Positions 6,171 through 16,681 of a stretch of 51,076 nucleotides of DNA are shown in pieces. A program made the position numbers and the translations under genes. The notes under the pieces are model-generated. The model was not told the origin of the DNA. It did no database searches and saw only the letters and a list, made by a program, of their open reading frames with translations. Each line of letters opens with the position of its first letter. Position 1 is the stretch's first letter. The stretch comes from a virus. The stretch lies in the IMG/VR virus record IMGVR_UViG_3300045988_037980. The stretch is one strand, 5' to 3'.

Positions 6171-9100
6171 TTACCCGGTAAAGTCTGTTGTGTTCACAAT
6201 CATAAACGAAAAAGCCGAATCATTGGCACTTGAATCATCACCCGTGTAAACGTCAAAATAACTCGCGTTTTTGGCATAAACCGCCGCATATCTGCCGACC
6301 GAACCTTGGCTTGTCGCATCACAAGTAAGGAATACCAAGTAATTGTTCACGCTTGAAAAGCCCGGATTTATCCGAATCCTGTAATGCCCTGTGCCAATCC
6401 TCGAAGTCGTGACCGTTGCCGTGTCATAGCGGTGCAACTTTATCAATCCGCCCGATTGATTGACCATCCCCATATAAGACACCTTAAATGGCAATCCACG
6501 CATATTGGTTGCCTTTGTGTAAAAACGGCGCAAGATAATCCACCCATAAAATTTGGAATCATCCCCAAGTCCTATCATTTCGACCGCTTCATAAGGCAAA
6601 ATTGTTAATGTGTTGTACGTTCTGCCATTCTCATAAAAATACTTTCCGCTTGGTGCTCTATTGCTTACGATTTGCCCAACGGGTGTTTGCCCATTGAAGT
6701 AATCATTCATAATGATTGCACGGAAACCGCTATATTCCATAGTGAACGGTATTTGGAACGCCGTATTCCAACCGCTGCTTGTTCCCGTAATGACAACATT
6801 ATTGTTGTTTTGCAATCCCAATGTGGACACTATTATGTCGCCGCCCTCTGACCCGCCAAGTCTGAAATAACCGCTCTTGAAAGCATTGGCAATGCTTCCG
6901 TTGATAACCACGTTATCCAAATCGGCGTTGTTTATTGTGCCTTTGTTAATGTATGCTTCACCTTTGACGGTCGCTTTTTCCATCACAACCGACCCATCTT
7001 GCATAACCCGATACGGGGCATAAGACCGATTTTCAAATGATGTTCCAGCCCAAAAGCGCACGGAACTTGCCGCCGTTCCTTGTCCTGTCATACCCGCAAG
7101 AATCGTTGATGTGCTTCCGGCGACTTGAATTGTGCCGGACGTTACCAAACCGCCATCAATGACCGTTTTTGTATTGTCATAAGATACCGCCTTGACCCAA
7201 TCCGTTGCAATGTAAGAACCGCTTGTTCGCTTGACTGCACACCGCTTCAAATCCGTTCCATTGACCCACAAATCACCAATATCATAAGGTGGATAAGGGG
7301 TTGAAACGAACACACGCCGTTTGCCGTCTGCCGTGTCTTGGGCTTTGCTTGCCGTATTGTAGGCATCAATGGCGGTCTTATCGACAATATCCACCCAAGT
7401 ATAAGAACTTGAATATCGCTTCAATTTCTGTGTACTTGAATTGTACCACATATCCCCAACGTGCTTTGCCCTGACTGCCACCGCCCATCCATTTGCCGGG
7501 TCGGTTGTCTGAAACCACGTTTCAATCTTGCCGTCAATCTGTGTGGTCAGGTCTGCAATATCATCCGAATATGTGCCATTGATAAAGTTGTTCAATGCCG
7601 TGTTATCGGTGTATTTGCTTGCCTTTTGCCAATCACTTGACGAATAATTGCCGGACAACCTTGTTCTAATGCAACGCATAATATCCCCGGTTGCACCTTG
7701 AACCCACAAATCGCCGACTTCATAAGGGGTGTAAGGTGTTGCCGTAAATATGCGGTTCTTTTCCTTTGCAAGCGAAAGCGCATCATTTGCAAGTGCAATC
7801 GCCTGTGCCACTTCCGCATCCGACAATTCCGACCACTTGTAAACGCCATTTTCCTTGACAAAACGGAATACCGCCCCCGTTGCGGTATTATAGAACAAGT
7901 CACCCAAATGATTGTCTTTTAATTGGGTTGTAGTCCACTCGCTTGCCGGGGCATTGTTCAATGTCGGGTCGTATGTTTCAAAGAATTGTTCAATCTGTCC
8001 GTCAAGCTGTGCTTGTATTTCGGCAAGCAACCCCGGCAAGGTGTTGTTGATGAAATTCTTGCTTTCAAGGGCTTCATTTCCCAATTCTTCAAGCGTCTTT
8101 TCCTGACCGTTTGAAGTGAACACAATGCGACCGCCGATTTCGGAATTATCCAAGTCAAAATATGTCGTGCCATCCGCCGATTCAATGCGCCCGGTCTTAA
8201 TGAAGCGACCGTTTATCATTGAAAAACCATAAGTCAAGGACAATGAACGAACTTTCAATTCCGGGTCAATGCTCGAAATTGTACCGACAAGAAAATGATA
8301 ATAATTGGCATCTTGTTCAACCTTGATTTGTGAGGTCGAAAATATGAATGTTCCGGCATCACCATTCTTGGCGCATTTTGCATATAGAAAATATGCTTGG
8401 TTGTTTGCTAATGTAACCGTGCCATCCGCCATAACCCAAGACACCGCCGTTTCTTCGTTGATGGTGTAATGGGTCAAGACACCGCCTTGCCATTTCACGA
8501 CATTGGAATTGCCGCCATAATTCGGTTGAAACACCGTGTTCGTCAATCCGAATTGCATTGATTTTGCCCCGACTGACAATGCCAGCGTATCAATAGACAA
8601 AGGCTTTATCTTGTCGCTGTAATAATCGCCGTCAGGGTCAAACACCATGTTCAACAATTCGCGGCTTGTGCGCCAATTCGCCCTTGCCCTTACCGGGTCT
8701 TTAAGGTTGTTGATGGTGATAACCTTGTCAATGTCTATAAGGTCGGAAATGACACGGTTTGTCACCGTTGTTTTCACGGTGTCCGATATTGTAAGGGTGT
8801 ATTCGTAAGGGTCAAGGATATTCCTTTCAAGTGATTGTATGCGCACGGATTTATCCACGTCAATGTCATTATCCACAATATGCAGATAATCGCCCGGTTG
8901 GAATACGTTTGTCACCGTTTCATCACTTCCAACAAGGCTTTGCAACCATGCTTTTGTGACACTCAACCCATATTGCACCTTTGGTTGGCAATTTTGGTCA
9001 TAATACTTGTTGCCCGTTTCTTCCAATTCTTCTTCCGCCGCTTGTTCAATGCTTGACGGATAGGCAATATCAAGTATCTTGTATTCGTCACCCACTCCGA

Positions 9101-10241
9101 TTTGGAAAGCCAATGATGTTTCGGACGGAAAGACATTGCCCCGGTCGTCTGTTTGCTTTACCAACGTAAATGTATGTGTCGCATGGTCATAACTGTGAAT
9201 TTCAAATTCATATCCTGCAAGATTGCCCGTGTTGAAGTGTACTTTTGCGGCAACGCCATCAATAAGATACTTTGTTGTCACCCCGTCCGCTTCCTTTTCA
9301 TTGAGGTTGAAAGGAAAGTCCGAATCAATGAATTGCAGCACGTTGCCGGACACAATGGATTCCACCGTACCCGTAAAGGATGGCTTTATATCATCAAAAT
9401 TCTTGCGCCCCTCGAAAATACCGTATTTCGCCACCATTTCGGCTTTCTCGATATAGGATTGCCCCTTGGTCTTACCCGGCAAGCAAAGGCGGTCGGCACG
9501 GTATTTTGAAGTAATGTTTTCCGTTGAACCATACACTTTCAACCTTGTGACAATGTTTGCAGACGATACATTTTCCCTTGTCAGCTCATACAAACCACGC
9601 CCCCTGCCATATTGGAATGTATATGGCAAGGTCTGACCGACTTTTTCATAAAGGTTGATTGTATAGACCCCATTTGATTGCTCAATCTCAAATTCAACAT
9701 TGAAATTGGATTCACCGCAAAGATTTTGCAACACGGACAAGCAATTGTCCGATTCTCCAAATGTCAATGTCTTGTCGCCTGCCGTTTCGGGGCATACGCC
9801 AAGCACCCATTTACCCGGAAAGACACGGTTTGCGTTTGCAACAAGGACGGTCATAAAACGGTGCAAGTCGCCCGTAAGGGTGTCGCCCTGCACATCCTGC
9901 AATTCATTTGTGGTCGTGTCAATGGTCACATCGTATGTCACCCGGAAAAGGTCATATTGTATGCCCTCAAATTCCAAGTCATATTGAAATTCGTGCATAC
10001 CTGTTTTCTTGACCTTTGGCAATCGGTTCAATTTGTAGTCACGCCCGAATATGGTTATCTTATCGCCAATGCCGTATGTTTGCGGAAATGGCGACACAAC
10101 GGTTATGGAAACGGTATCTTCCGCATTCAATGCCCAATTCTGCTTTGCGGATGAAATGTCGGTTGCCGTGCGCCTGTTGGCTATCGGCACACGGTTTCCA
10201 TTTGCTTTCGTTATAAATATGTTGGTTAAATTTTTTCCCAT
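6171..10241 (-). CDS. Tail-associated lysin/tip protein (Tal-like phage minor structural protein, prophage-tail N-terminal domain) with fibre-like repeats
   Basis: 1356 aa, located after Dit. The N-terminus resembles prophage endopeptidase tail / minor structural protein N-terminal regions. Carries an internal duplicated module of about 130 aa. Confidence 0.75.
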   Translation of the reverse strand: MGKNLTNIFITKANGNRVPIANRRTATDISSAKQNWALNAEDTVSITVVSPFPQTYGIGDKITIFGRDYKLNRLPKVKKTGMHEFQYDLEFEGIQYDLFRVTYDVTIDTTTNELQDVQGDTLTGDLHRFMTVLVANANRVFPGKWVLGVCPETAGDKTLTFGESDNCLSVLQNLCGESNFNVEFEIEQSNGVYTINLYEKVGQTLPYTFQYGRGRGLYELTRENVSSANIVTRLKVYGSTENITSKYRADRLCLPGKTKGQSYIEKAEMVAKYGIFEGRKNFDDIKPSFTGTVESIVSGNVLQFIDSDFPFNLNEKEADGVTTKYLIDGVAAKVHFNTGNLAGYEFEIHSYDHATHTFTLVKQTDDRGNVFPSETSLAFQIGVGDEYKILDIAYPSSIEQAAEEELEETGNKYYDQNCQPKVQYGLSVTKAWLQSLVGSDETVTNVFQPGDYLHIVDNDIDVDKSVRIQSLERNILDPYEYTLTISDTVKTTVTNRVISDLIDIDKVITINNLKDPVRARANWRTSRELLNMVFDPDGDYYSDKIKPLSIDTLALSVGAKSMQFGLTNTVFQPNYGGNSNVVKWQGGVLTHYTINEETAVSWVMADGTVTLANNQAYFLYAKCAKNGDAGTFIFSTSQIKVEQDANYYHFLVGTISSIDPELKVRSLSLTYGFSMINGRFIKTGRIESADGTTYFDLDNSEIGGRIVFTSNGQEKTLEELGNEALESKNFINNTLPGLLAEIQAQLDGQIEQFFETYDPTLNNAPASEWTTTQLKDNHLGDLFYNTATGAVFRFVKENGVYKWSELSDAEVAQAIALANDALSLAKEKNRIFTATPYTPYEVGDLWVQGATGDIMRCIRTRLSGNYSSSDWQKASKYTDNTALNNFINGTYSDDIADLTTQIDGKIETWFQTTDPANGWAVAVRAKHVGDMWYNSSTQKLKRYSSSYTWVDIVDKTAIDAYNTASKAQDTADGKRRVFVSTPYPPYDIGDLWVNGTDLKRCAVKRTSGSYIATDWVKAVSYDNTKTVIDGGLVTSGTIQVAGSTSTILAGMTGQGTAASSVRFWAGTSFENRSYAPYRVMQDGSVVMEKATVKGEAYINKGTINNADLDNVVINGSIANAFKSGYFRLGGSEGGDIIVSTLGLQNNNNVVITGTSSGWNTAFQIPFTMEYSGFRAIIMNDYFNGQTPVGQIVSNRAPSGKYFYENGRTYNTLTILPYEAVEMIGLGDDSKFYGWIILRRFYTKATNMRGLPFKVSYMGMVNQSGGLIKLHRYDTATVTTSRIGTGHYRIRINPGFSSVNNYLVFLTCDATSQGSVGRYAAVYAKNASYFDVYTGDDSSANDSAFSFMIVNTTDFTG

Positions 10242-11431
10242 ACGACAATGGCATTTGTTTCAAACAATGATATTTCATCAATGCAGCCGGTTATTACCGG
10301 GAAATAGTCACCATTCACGGCATAGTCATGGGTTATTTCCACTTCATCGCCGCAAATGTCATAATCGACACTTCCATCACCCCAATAGATGTTCACATAT
10401 TTGTTTGAGGTCAATTTGACGGTGCAAGTCTTTGTTGATTCACCCACCCGGATATGCTTCAATACACGCTTCACGGGTTCAGGCTCAACCAACTTCAATT
10501 TGAACGTGCCAACCATCAATTCATCATTCCATTCTTTTGTGATTTCGATTGCGTCTTTGCAATACACTTCATAAATCAATGGCTTTACCGGGTGAATGTC
10601 AATTGTAAGGCGGTTTGTTCCTGTCTTGTCAAGCTGTTGTTGGAAAGAAGATACCTTTCGGATAAAATCCATCTTTGAATCTGCCTTGACAAAGCATGAC
10701 AAGGTTATATCACGTGGTTCATAAAACTTGTGCATCAAATCAACACTTTCACCGTGATAATTATCCCAAGACAAAGAAGCCGGGGTCTTTAATTTCGGGC
10801 GGTTCAACACGCCGTCCGACCCAGACACATATACGCCATATTCTTTGAAATTTACGCCGTCAAGCAAATACCCTTGTTGCTTGCTGCTTGACATTTCATT
10901 GATAAGTTCGGCTTGTGTCAAGGCAAGGTTGTAAAACTTCACATCATCCAATAAGCCAAAGCCCCATGAACCGCCGTAATAGTCTTGATTCAAGGACACG
11001 CCAAGCAATGTGCCGGAATTGTTCACGGTCTTGACAAGTGAGGAATTGACGTAAAAATTGAACACACCCGACTTTTTTGTCAAAGCAAGCGAAAACCACG
11101 AACCGGGTTTGGCTTCAATGGATACTTCAACATAGTTTTTCAGCCCGGAAAAGTTAAGTACCCATATCAACTTTTGAGGTGAACCCAATTCGGCTTCACG
11201 GTTTTGAACCCACATCATCATCGTAAAGTCGATTGTCATGTTAGGGAACACCGCTTTTGACACCTCGCAAGTGTCTGACCCGGCAAAAGAAATTGCATTG
11301 CCGTTTTTACCTGTGACGAAATGCGCCCCATTGACCGCCCCATCCGCACGGTTTTGGCTATAATCATACGCCACCAAAGAACCGTCACTTTCATCAAATG
11401 GCATTTGAAGAATTATGTTGTTCGCATCCAT
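10226..11431 (-). CDS. Distal tail protein (Dit) with N-terminal LamG/concanavalin-like domain
   Basis: The N-terminal 180 aa show a LamG-like pattern (GAHFVTGKNGNAISFAGS...MMMWV...WFSLALT). The C-terminal half looks like siphovirus tail protein. Position is between TMP and Tal. Confidence 0.65.
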   Translation of the reverse strand: MDANNIILQMPFDESDGSLVAYDYSQNRADGAVNGAHFVTGKNGNAISFAGSDTCEVSKAVFPNMTIDFTMMMWVQNREAELGSPQKLIWVLNFSGLKNYVEVSIEAKPGSWFSLALTKKSGVFNFYVNSSLVKTVNNSGTLLGVSLNQDYYGGSWGFGLLDDVKFYNLALTQAELINEMSSSKQQGYLLDGVNFKEYGVYVSGSDGVLNRPKLKTPASLSWDNYHGESVDLMHKFYEPRDITLSCFVKADSKMDFIRKVSSFQQQLDKTGTNRLTIDIHPVKPLIYEVYCKDAIEITKEWNDELMVGTFKLKLVEPEPVKRVLKHIRVGESTKTCTVKLTSNKYVNIYWGDGSVDYDICGDEVEITHDYAVNGDYFPVITGCIDEISLFETNAIVVWEKI

Positions 11432-11432
11432 A

Positions 11433-11954
11433 TCAATAAGTTTTTTTCTGTTTATCTATGACTTTTATAGTTGCATCATCCATTGCATATTTGATTACCT
11501 GACCATTGCCGACATAATGATTTACGCACACTTTCGCCCGGTCGCTTGCGCAAACATTGACAACGGCATCATCAAATACATCAATGACCACAAAGGCATT
11601 GTCTTTTGCAATGACATTCAATTTGGCATTGTGCTTGGCGTATATCTCGCACACGTTGAACCCGGTTATTTCGATACGCCCACAAGTCGCCCCAAGACAC
11701 ACGCATTTGGGCTTATTTTCGATTTTTATATCATCGTCAAGGAAAACCCCGTATTGTTCCATTTTGCCCTTGAAATGCGTTCTAATGAAGCCGTTGTCGG
11801 GGTAATCATTGGCAAGGCAAAAATCAATGCCTTTCAAATACATTTGCGCCATCGCATTTATATTGTCACCGTTCAATGACTTCAATTCATTGTACCACGG
11901 TTTGCAAATTCCTTTTTTCTTTGCTTGCCTTGCAAGTTCTTTCGCTAAATCCAT
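11433..11954 (-). CDS. Hypothetical protein between TMP and Dit
   Basis: 173-aa ORF, Cys-rich, with no motif recognised. Confidence 0.55.
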   Translation of the reverse strand: MDLAKELARQAKKKGICKPWYNELKSLNGDNINAMAQMYLKGIDFCLANDYPDNGFIRTHFKGKMEQYGVFLDDDIKIENKPKCVCLGATCGRIEITGFNVCEIYAKHNAKLNVIAKDNAFVVIDVFDDAVVNVCASDRAKVCVNHYVGNGQVIKYAMDDATIKVIDKQKKTY

Positions 11955-11961
11955 ATCGTTT

Positions 11962-11978
11962 TGTTTTATAGTGAAACA
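11962..11978. repeat. 17-nt palindromic element, copy 2
   Basis: TGTTTTATAGTGAAACA, 7 nt upstream of the ATG at 11954. Confidence 0.7.
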
Positions 11979-11985
11979 TATTCGA

Positions 11986-14900
11986 TTATGACAAACCTTG
12001 CGACCTCAAAGAATCACCACTTGGGCGTTGCAATTCTCTGACCGCCGAAAGAATATCTTGAAGCAACCGATTGTAAGCCGTATTGTTCGCAATGGTGTTC
12101 AAGGCTTGCAGCGATTGCCGCAAGACTTGTGTTGCTTCCATTTGGTTTATTCGGATTGCGTTCATTTGCCCGGCGATAATGTCGGCGGTTTCTTCTGTTA
12201 CGCCTTTTACCGCACCTGTCAATGAATCTTCCGAATCATCGTCAATCTCCAAGTCTTTGAACAAATCCTTGTAAACATCCAATGCTTGATTGTAGTTGTT
12301 CGCCGCCGCTTGAACTTTGGCTTTGAAATCTGCAATCTCGGCATCCGTCAGACCATCAAAAATGAAGTTGTCACCCGACCAATACCCCATATCGGTGTAA
12401 AGGCTATCCAATGCGCTTTGCAATTGGTTTTCAAGAAACTTCTTTTTCAATTGGTTTACAATGGCATTTTGCAAGACTTCATTAACCGTTTGTTCAAAGG
12501 CATTCGCCGCATCTTCACCAGCTTTGAATGCTTCCGTAAGGGAATCCGCCAATGTTGATGCAAAATCCTTTGCGTTGGTCTGCAATATGTCATTGGCGAT
12601 TTCGTCATACATATCTTGAATTTGTCGGTCAAGTTCCGCTATTTGGTTTTGGTAATCTTGGATTTTCCCATTGTCGGTTTTCTTCTTTGATTGTTCATCG
12701 CTAATCATGCCACGCAAATGGGCTTGTTGTTGTTCCATGTTGTGAATCAAGCCCATTTGGTTGTTGTACACTTCCGCACCCAAAGCCTTATCAACCGCCC
12801 ATTCAAGTTGTTCATAAGACGCTTTCAGCTTGTCGATTGCTTCTTGGTGTCGCTTGATTGACTTTTCCGCCTTTCTGTCACGGCTGTTGAACAAGTCAAA
12901 TGCGGATGAAAGCAAGCCGATTGAACCTTGAATGATAGACAAAGGGTTGCCCGTTGCGATACCGCTTGCAACCTGACCCGCTCCATCCAATATGCCGCCA
13001 ATGTCACCGATAATGGCTTGCGTTTGCTCATCCATCGTGACACCCATTTTTTCAAGCCCGGACGTTACCGCATCGAATGCACCGCCGACAAGTTCAATTG
13101 CCCCGCTTGCGCTCTCAAACATATTGGTCAAGGCTTTTTTCTTGCTTTCATCATCCGCCGCCTTGCCATATTCCTTGATTGAGGAAATCAATGACTTGAA
13201 CGGGTTTCGTTCCCGTATTTCGTTCTGCATTTCCTTGATTTTGTTTTTCAAGGTTTCAAGGTCTTTCGGGTCAAACTCGATACCAAGGTAAGCCCCATCA
13301 AGATTGTTGATTTTATCAATCAATTCTTGAAGTTTCTTGGTACTTATTTCGTCAAGGTCGCCAAACATCAATTCCCAATCCGGGTGTGCTTGTAATTCGT
13401 CAAGGGCGAATTTTGAAAGTGCCTGTGCTTGCGCACGGTCTATCGCTTCGACCATTTCCGTGTTCCCGGCTTCCTGTGCCGCACGCCGCTTTTCGTCATA
13501 ATCATCAATGATTGCTTGCTTGCGTTCCTCAAACGTGCCATATTCGGCAAGCATCGCATCATAATCGACACCGCCAATGTTTCGGACATCCTTATTGTAT
13601 TGGTTTGTCCTGTTTTGAATGGCATTGTCAATTTCCGCACGTTGCGCATCCGTTGTCGCCTTTTCACGTTCACGCATCATCAAGGCGACATCATCATTGA
13701 ATTGTTGTTCAAGACGGCGTTTTTGCTCGACATAAGAAGCATATTCTTCAAGCAATGATTCCGTTTCCTGCCTTAATTGGTCTTGGGCGTTTTCTTCCGC
13801 TTCATTGAGGGCATCCGCCTTGGCATTGTCAAGTTCCGTTCCATCGCCGGACAATTCCTTGCGTTTCTGCTCAATGATGTTAAGCATATCAAGGACGGTT
13901 CGTGCATTGGTCAATTGGGCATTCAATTCTTCGTTGAATGCTTCCAATACGGTTGTCCGTGTTTCCTCTGCAATGGCATCATTGAGTTGGCGCAACTGCT
14001 TGTTTTGTGCCTTTGTGCGGTTTGCAACGTCAATTTGCAAAATTTGGTCACGTTGTTTCTTCAAGTAATCAATATATGTTGCCCCCTCTGCAAGCAATTT
14101 TGCAAATTCCTGATTGGCTGAACGGACAAGGACTTCATCGCCCGAATTTACCCACTTTTGGAAACGCTGATATTCGGCTTTATACTTGTTCAGCTTCTCA
14201 ATGAATGGGTCTTGGGTGTTGGTGCTTGTCTTGGTCGTTGTTGTCGCCTTTTTCCCGGTTATCGCATCCGCTTGCTTTTGCAGCTTCTCGATTTCCCGCA
14301 TTTTCGCCTTGTATTCATCATTATTAGTAAGATGTTTTAAGGCTTCTTGTTCCGTTTGAATCGCTTTTTCGATTGCCCCTAATGTTCCTTTTTCGTAAGT
14401 ATCAGTTCCGGCAATTCCTGCTTCTTTGAGTTTTTCCCAACCCGCACTTTCTGCGGCGGCTGCATCCTTGAACAATTTTTCTATATTGGTTCTTAAATCT
14501 ATAACCTTTTGTTCTTGTTCATCCTTTTTCTTATTATCAACTTCCACATAATACCCCGTGCCAAATGAACTTGTCTGAATCCATTGGCTTGTTTTTTCCG
14601 GCATCGCTTGAAGTTTTTGTTCTTCTTCAAGTAATGTCTTTACTTTTTCTTGGGCTTGCTGAACAAGGACAATTGCTTTTGCCTTATCTATTTGAGCCTG
14701 AACAAACGCATCCTTGCCCTTATTAAGCAAGTTTTCAGCATCTACCACATCAAGCACCGCCACACCCAATTCATCAAAAGCTGCCTTGTTTTCCTCAATG
14801 AACTTCTTTTTGGCATTCAAATCATCACCAAGCGCATTCCATTTTAAGGATAATTCTTCAATGGTTGCAATAGGCTTATAAGCATTTTCGGCAAGGGATT

Positions 14901-16356
14901 TATAAAATTCCTGTGCCGCTTTCTTGCCCTCATTCGCCTTGCTGACAAAGTGAACAATAACGCCAACCAAAGCCGACAATGCGGCTGCAATCCATCCAAA
15001 CACCGGGATTGACTTAATAGCCGCCCCGACCATACGGAAAGCCCCGGCAAGACCTATATTTGCAGCCGTACCAGCGACCGCCGCTGCGGTTTGCGCCCCG
15101 GTTGCGACCGTGTTTGCTCCTTGGGCAACCGTGTTCCCGGTTTGTGCCGCCGTATTTGCTTGTTGTGCGGCTGTATTGGCTGCTGTTGCCGCCGTGTCCG
15201 CAATGGTTGCGGTGGTATCTGCAACGGTCGCCGCTGTTGATGCAACTTGTTCACCCCTGCCGACCGCCAATAATTTGTTCCACCACTCTTTCAACCCGTT
15301 GATGGTTACAAGTTGGAATGCTTCATCTTTATCAAGGGCAAGTTGCACTTCTTTAAGTCCGATTGTGACCGCCATTAAGGACTGCACTTTAAGCATTATC
15401 TTTTGCAAATTTTCGTTTTCGCCGCTAAACAAGGCAACCGCACCTTGTGCCGCCGAAAATGCGCCTGAAACGCCCGAAAGCCCCGACAACAAACCATCCC
15501 ACATCCTTTCACCTCGCTTCAACATATTTTGTTGGGTGGTGACGGCATCCATCGCTTCCGACAATTCGCCCATTTGTGCTTGAAGTTGCTTGTATCTTTC
15601 GGAACTTGTGTCGCCCGCAAGTTCCAATTGCATCAATTCTTCACGCACTTCACGCAAGCGGGTACGGAAAGACACGTGGGATTGTGCCGCATTTTCGGCT
15701 TCCTGTGCCACCTTTTCAATCTTTTGCGCTTCATCTTCCAATGCGTTTGATTGGTTGCGCAACTCATTCAAAAGTTGCTTGCGAACCGTGACTTCGCCTT
15801 TGATTGCATTTGCACGGTCTTGCAAGGCGCGGTAATCATCATCACGCCCGGACATGAAAGCATCACTTGCGGCACGGCTTACACGGTCATATTCGGCACT
15901 CAACCGGGAAATCTCTTGTTCGTGTTCCTCACAAGCCGCACCGATTTGTCCAAGCGTTGAACGGATGTTGGTAAGCCCCATTGAAGCGTTGCTTGCGACA
16001 CCTTGAAGATTGTTCAATTCGTTCATCAAGGCGACAAGACCTTTCCTTTCGGAATCAAGTTCTTGTTTCACCGCATTGGCTTGGGTTATAAGCACGTTTT
16101 GCGCTTCACCCGGTTCAATCGCGTTTATCTTGGCGGTCAGGTCATTGTATGAATTTTCCAAGTCCTGAATCACCTTGCGTTGTATCTCGATACACTCGAC
16201 TATCTCTTGCGTGGTCTTGTCCATAACATCACCGCTTCCGGCAACGGCATTGGAAAAGCCTTGCACACGCCGCAATGTTTCGTCAATAGCCGCATTAAGC
16301 TGACCATTGTCTAAAATGGATTTGAAAGATAATGACCCACCGTCTATTTCTGCCAT
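11986..16356 (-). CDS. Tail tape measure protein
   Basis: 1456 aa, coiled-coil-rich, with a hydrophobic central segment. Located between the chaperone and distal tail genes. Confidence 0.9.
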   Translation of the reverse strand: MAEIDGGSLSFKSILDNGQLNAAIDETLRRVQGFSNAVAGSGDVMDKTTQEIVECIEIQRKVIQDLENSYNDLTAKINAIEPGEAQNVLITQANAVKQELDSERKGLVALMNELNNLQGVASNASMGLTNIRSTLGQIGAACEEHEQEISRLSAEYDRVSRAASDAFMSGRDDDYRALQDRANAIKGEVTVRKQLLNELRNQSNALEDEAQKIEKVAQEAENAAQSHVSFRTRLREVREELMQLELAGDTSSERYKQLQAQMGELSEAMDAVTTQQNMLKRGERMWDGLLSGLSGVSGAFSAAQGAVALFSGENENLQKIMLKVQSLMAVTIGLKEVQLALDKDEAFQLVTINGLKEWWNKLLAVGRGEQVASTAATVADTTATIADTAATAANTAAQQANTAAQTGNTVAQGANTVATGAQTAAAVAGTAANIGLAGAFRMVGAAIKSIPVFGWIAAALSALVGVIVHFVSKANEGKKAAQEFYKSLAENAYKPIATIEELSLKWNALGDDLNAKKKFIEENKAAFDELGVAVLDVVDAENLLNKGKDAFVQAQIDKAKAIVLVQQAQEKVKTLLEEEQKLQAMPEKTSQWIQTSSFGTGYYVEVDNKKKDEQEQKVIDLRTNIEKLFKDAAAAESAGWEKLKEAGIAGTDTYEKGTLGAIEKAIQTEQEALKHLTNNDEYKAKMREIEKLQKQADAITGKKATTTTKTSTNTQDPFIEKLNKYKAEYQRFQKWVNSGDEVLVRSANQEFAKLLAEGATYIDYLKKQRDQILQIDVANRTKAQNKQLRQLNDAIAEETRTTVLEAFNEELNAQLTNARTVLDMLNIIEQKRKELSGDGTELDNAKADALNEAEENAQDQLRQETESLLEEYASYVEQKRRLEQQFNDDVALMMREREKATTDAQRAEIDNAIQNRTNQYNKDVRNIGGVDYDAMLAEYGTFEERKQAIIDDYDEKRRAAQEAGNTEMVEAIDRAQAQALSKFALDELQAHPDWELMFGDLDEISTKKLQELIDKINNLDGAYLGIEFDPKDLETLKNKIKEMQNEIRERNPFKSLISSIKEYGKAADDESKKKALTNMFESASGAIELVGGAFDAVTSGLEKMGVTMDEQTQAIIGDIGGILDGAGQVASGIATGNPLSIIQGSIGLLSSAFDLFNSRDRKAEKSIKRHQEAIDKLKASYEQLEWAVDKALGAEVYNNQMGLIHNMEQQQAHLRGMISDEQSKKKTDNGKIQDYQNQIAELDRQIQDMYDEIANDILQTNAKDFASTLADSLTEAFKAGEDAANAFEQTVNEVLQNAIVNQLKKKFLENQLQSALDSLYTDMGYWSGDNFIFDGLTDAEIADFKAKVQAAANNYNQALDVYKDLFKDLEIDDDSEDSLTGAVKGVTEETADIIAGQMNAIRINQMEATQVLRQSLQALNTIANNTAYNRLLQDILSAVRELQRPSGDSLRSQGLS

Positions 16357-16357
16357 A

Positions 16358-16681
16358 TTACATCATACTATTAACGTAGTTCATAATTTGTTCGCTGTTG
16401 TCCTCTGTCAATTGAATTTCCGTGTCATTATTGTTATCCAAGTCATAACCCGGCGCATCAATCATCATCCTTTGAACAACCGACCACGGAATGCCGTGTA
16501 ACAAGTAGTCATAAGTCCATCCGAAATGCTCACAAATCGCACCCCGGCGACCGTGCGGACTGTTTAACCCTCGTTGTTTTCCTCTATCCGAATCGGCATC
16601 GTGGTTCTTTCTGTTGAAATCAATCGAATAGAGTTCATAAAATCCCCAAGATTCCCCATCGTATTGACAAGGACATACAAC
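16358..16681 (-). CDS. Window open in the -1 frame that extends the tail assembly chaperone (candidate G-T type programmed frameshift product)
   Basis: The -1 frame relative to 16564..17139 is open from 16681 to a stop at 16358..16360, 1 nt before the TMP ATG. It encodes ...LNSPHGRRGAICEHFGWTYDYLLHGIPWSVVQRMMIDAPGYDLDNNNDTEIQLTEDNSEQIMNYVNSMM and has no convincing start codon of its own. Confidence 0.45.
   Translation of the reverse strand, partial: VVCPCQYDGESWGFYELYSIDFNRKNHDADSDRGKQRGLNSPHGRRGAICEHFGWTYDYLLHGIPWSVVQRMMIDAPGYDLDNNNDTEIQLTEDNSEQIMNYVNSMM

Noticed and set aside
15060-15260. Degenerate short tandem repeats (GCNGCNGT-type, encoding TAATVADTTATIADTAATAANTAAQQANTAAQ) that could be mistaken for a repeat array
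   Set aside because: They lie entirely within the tape measure ORF in frame. There are no unique spacers and no conserved repeat unit, so this is a low-complexity Ala/Thr-rich protein segment and not CRISPR.
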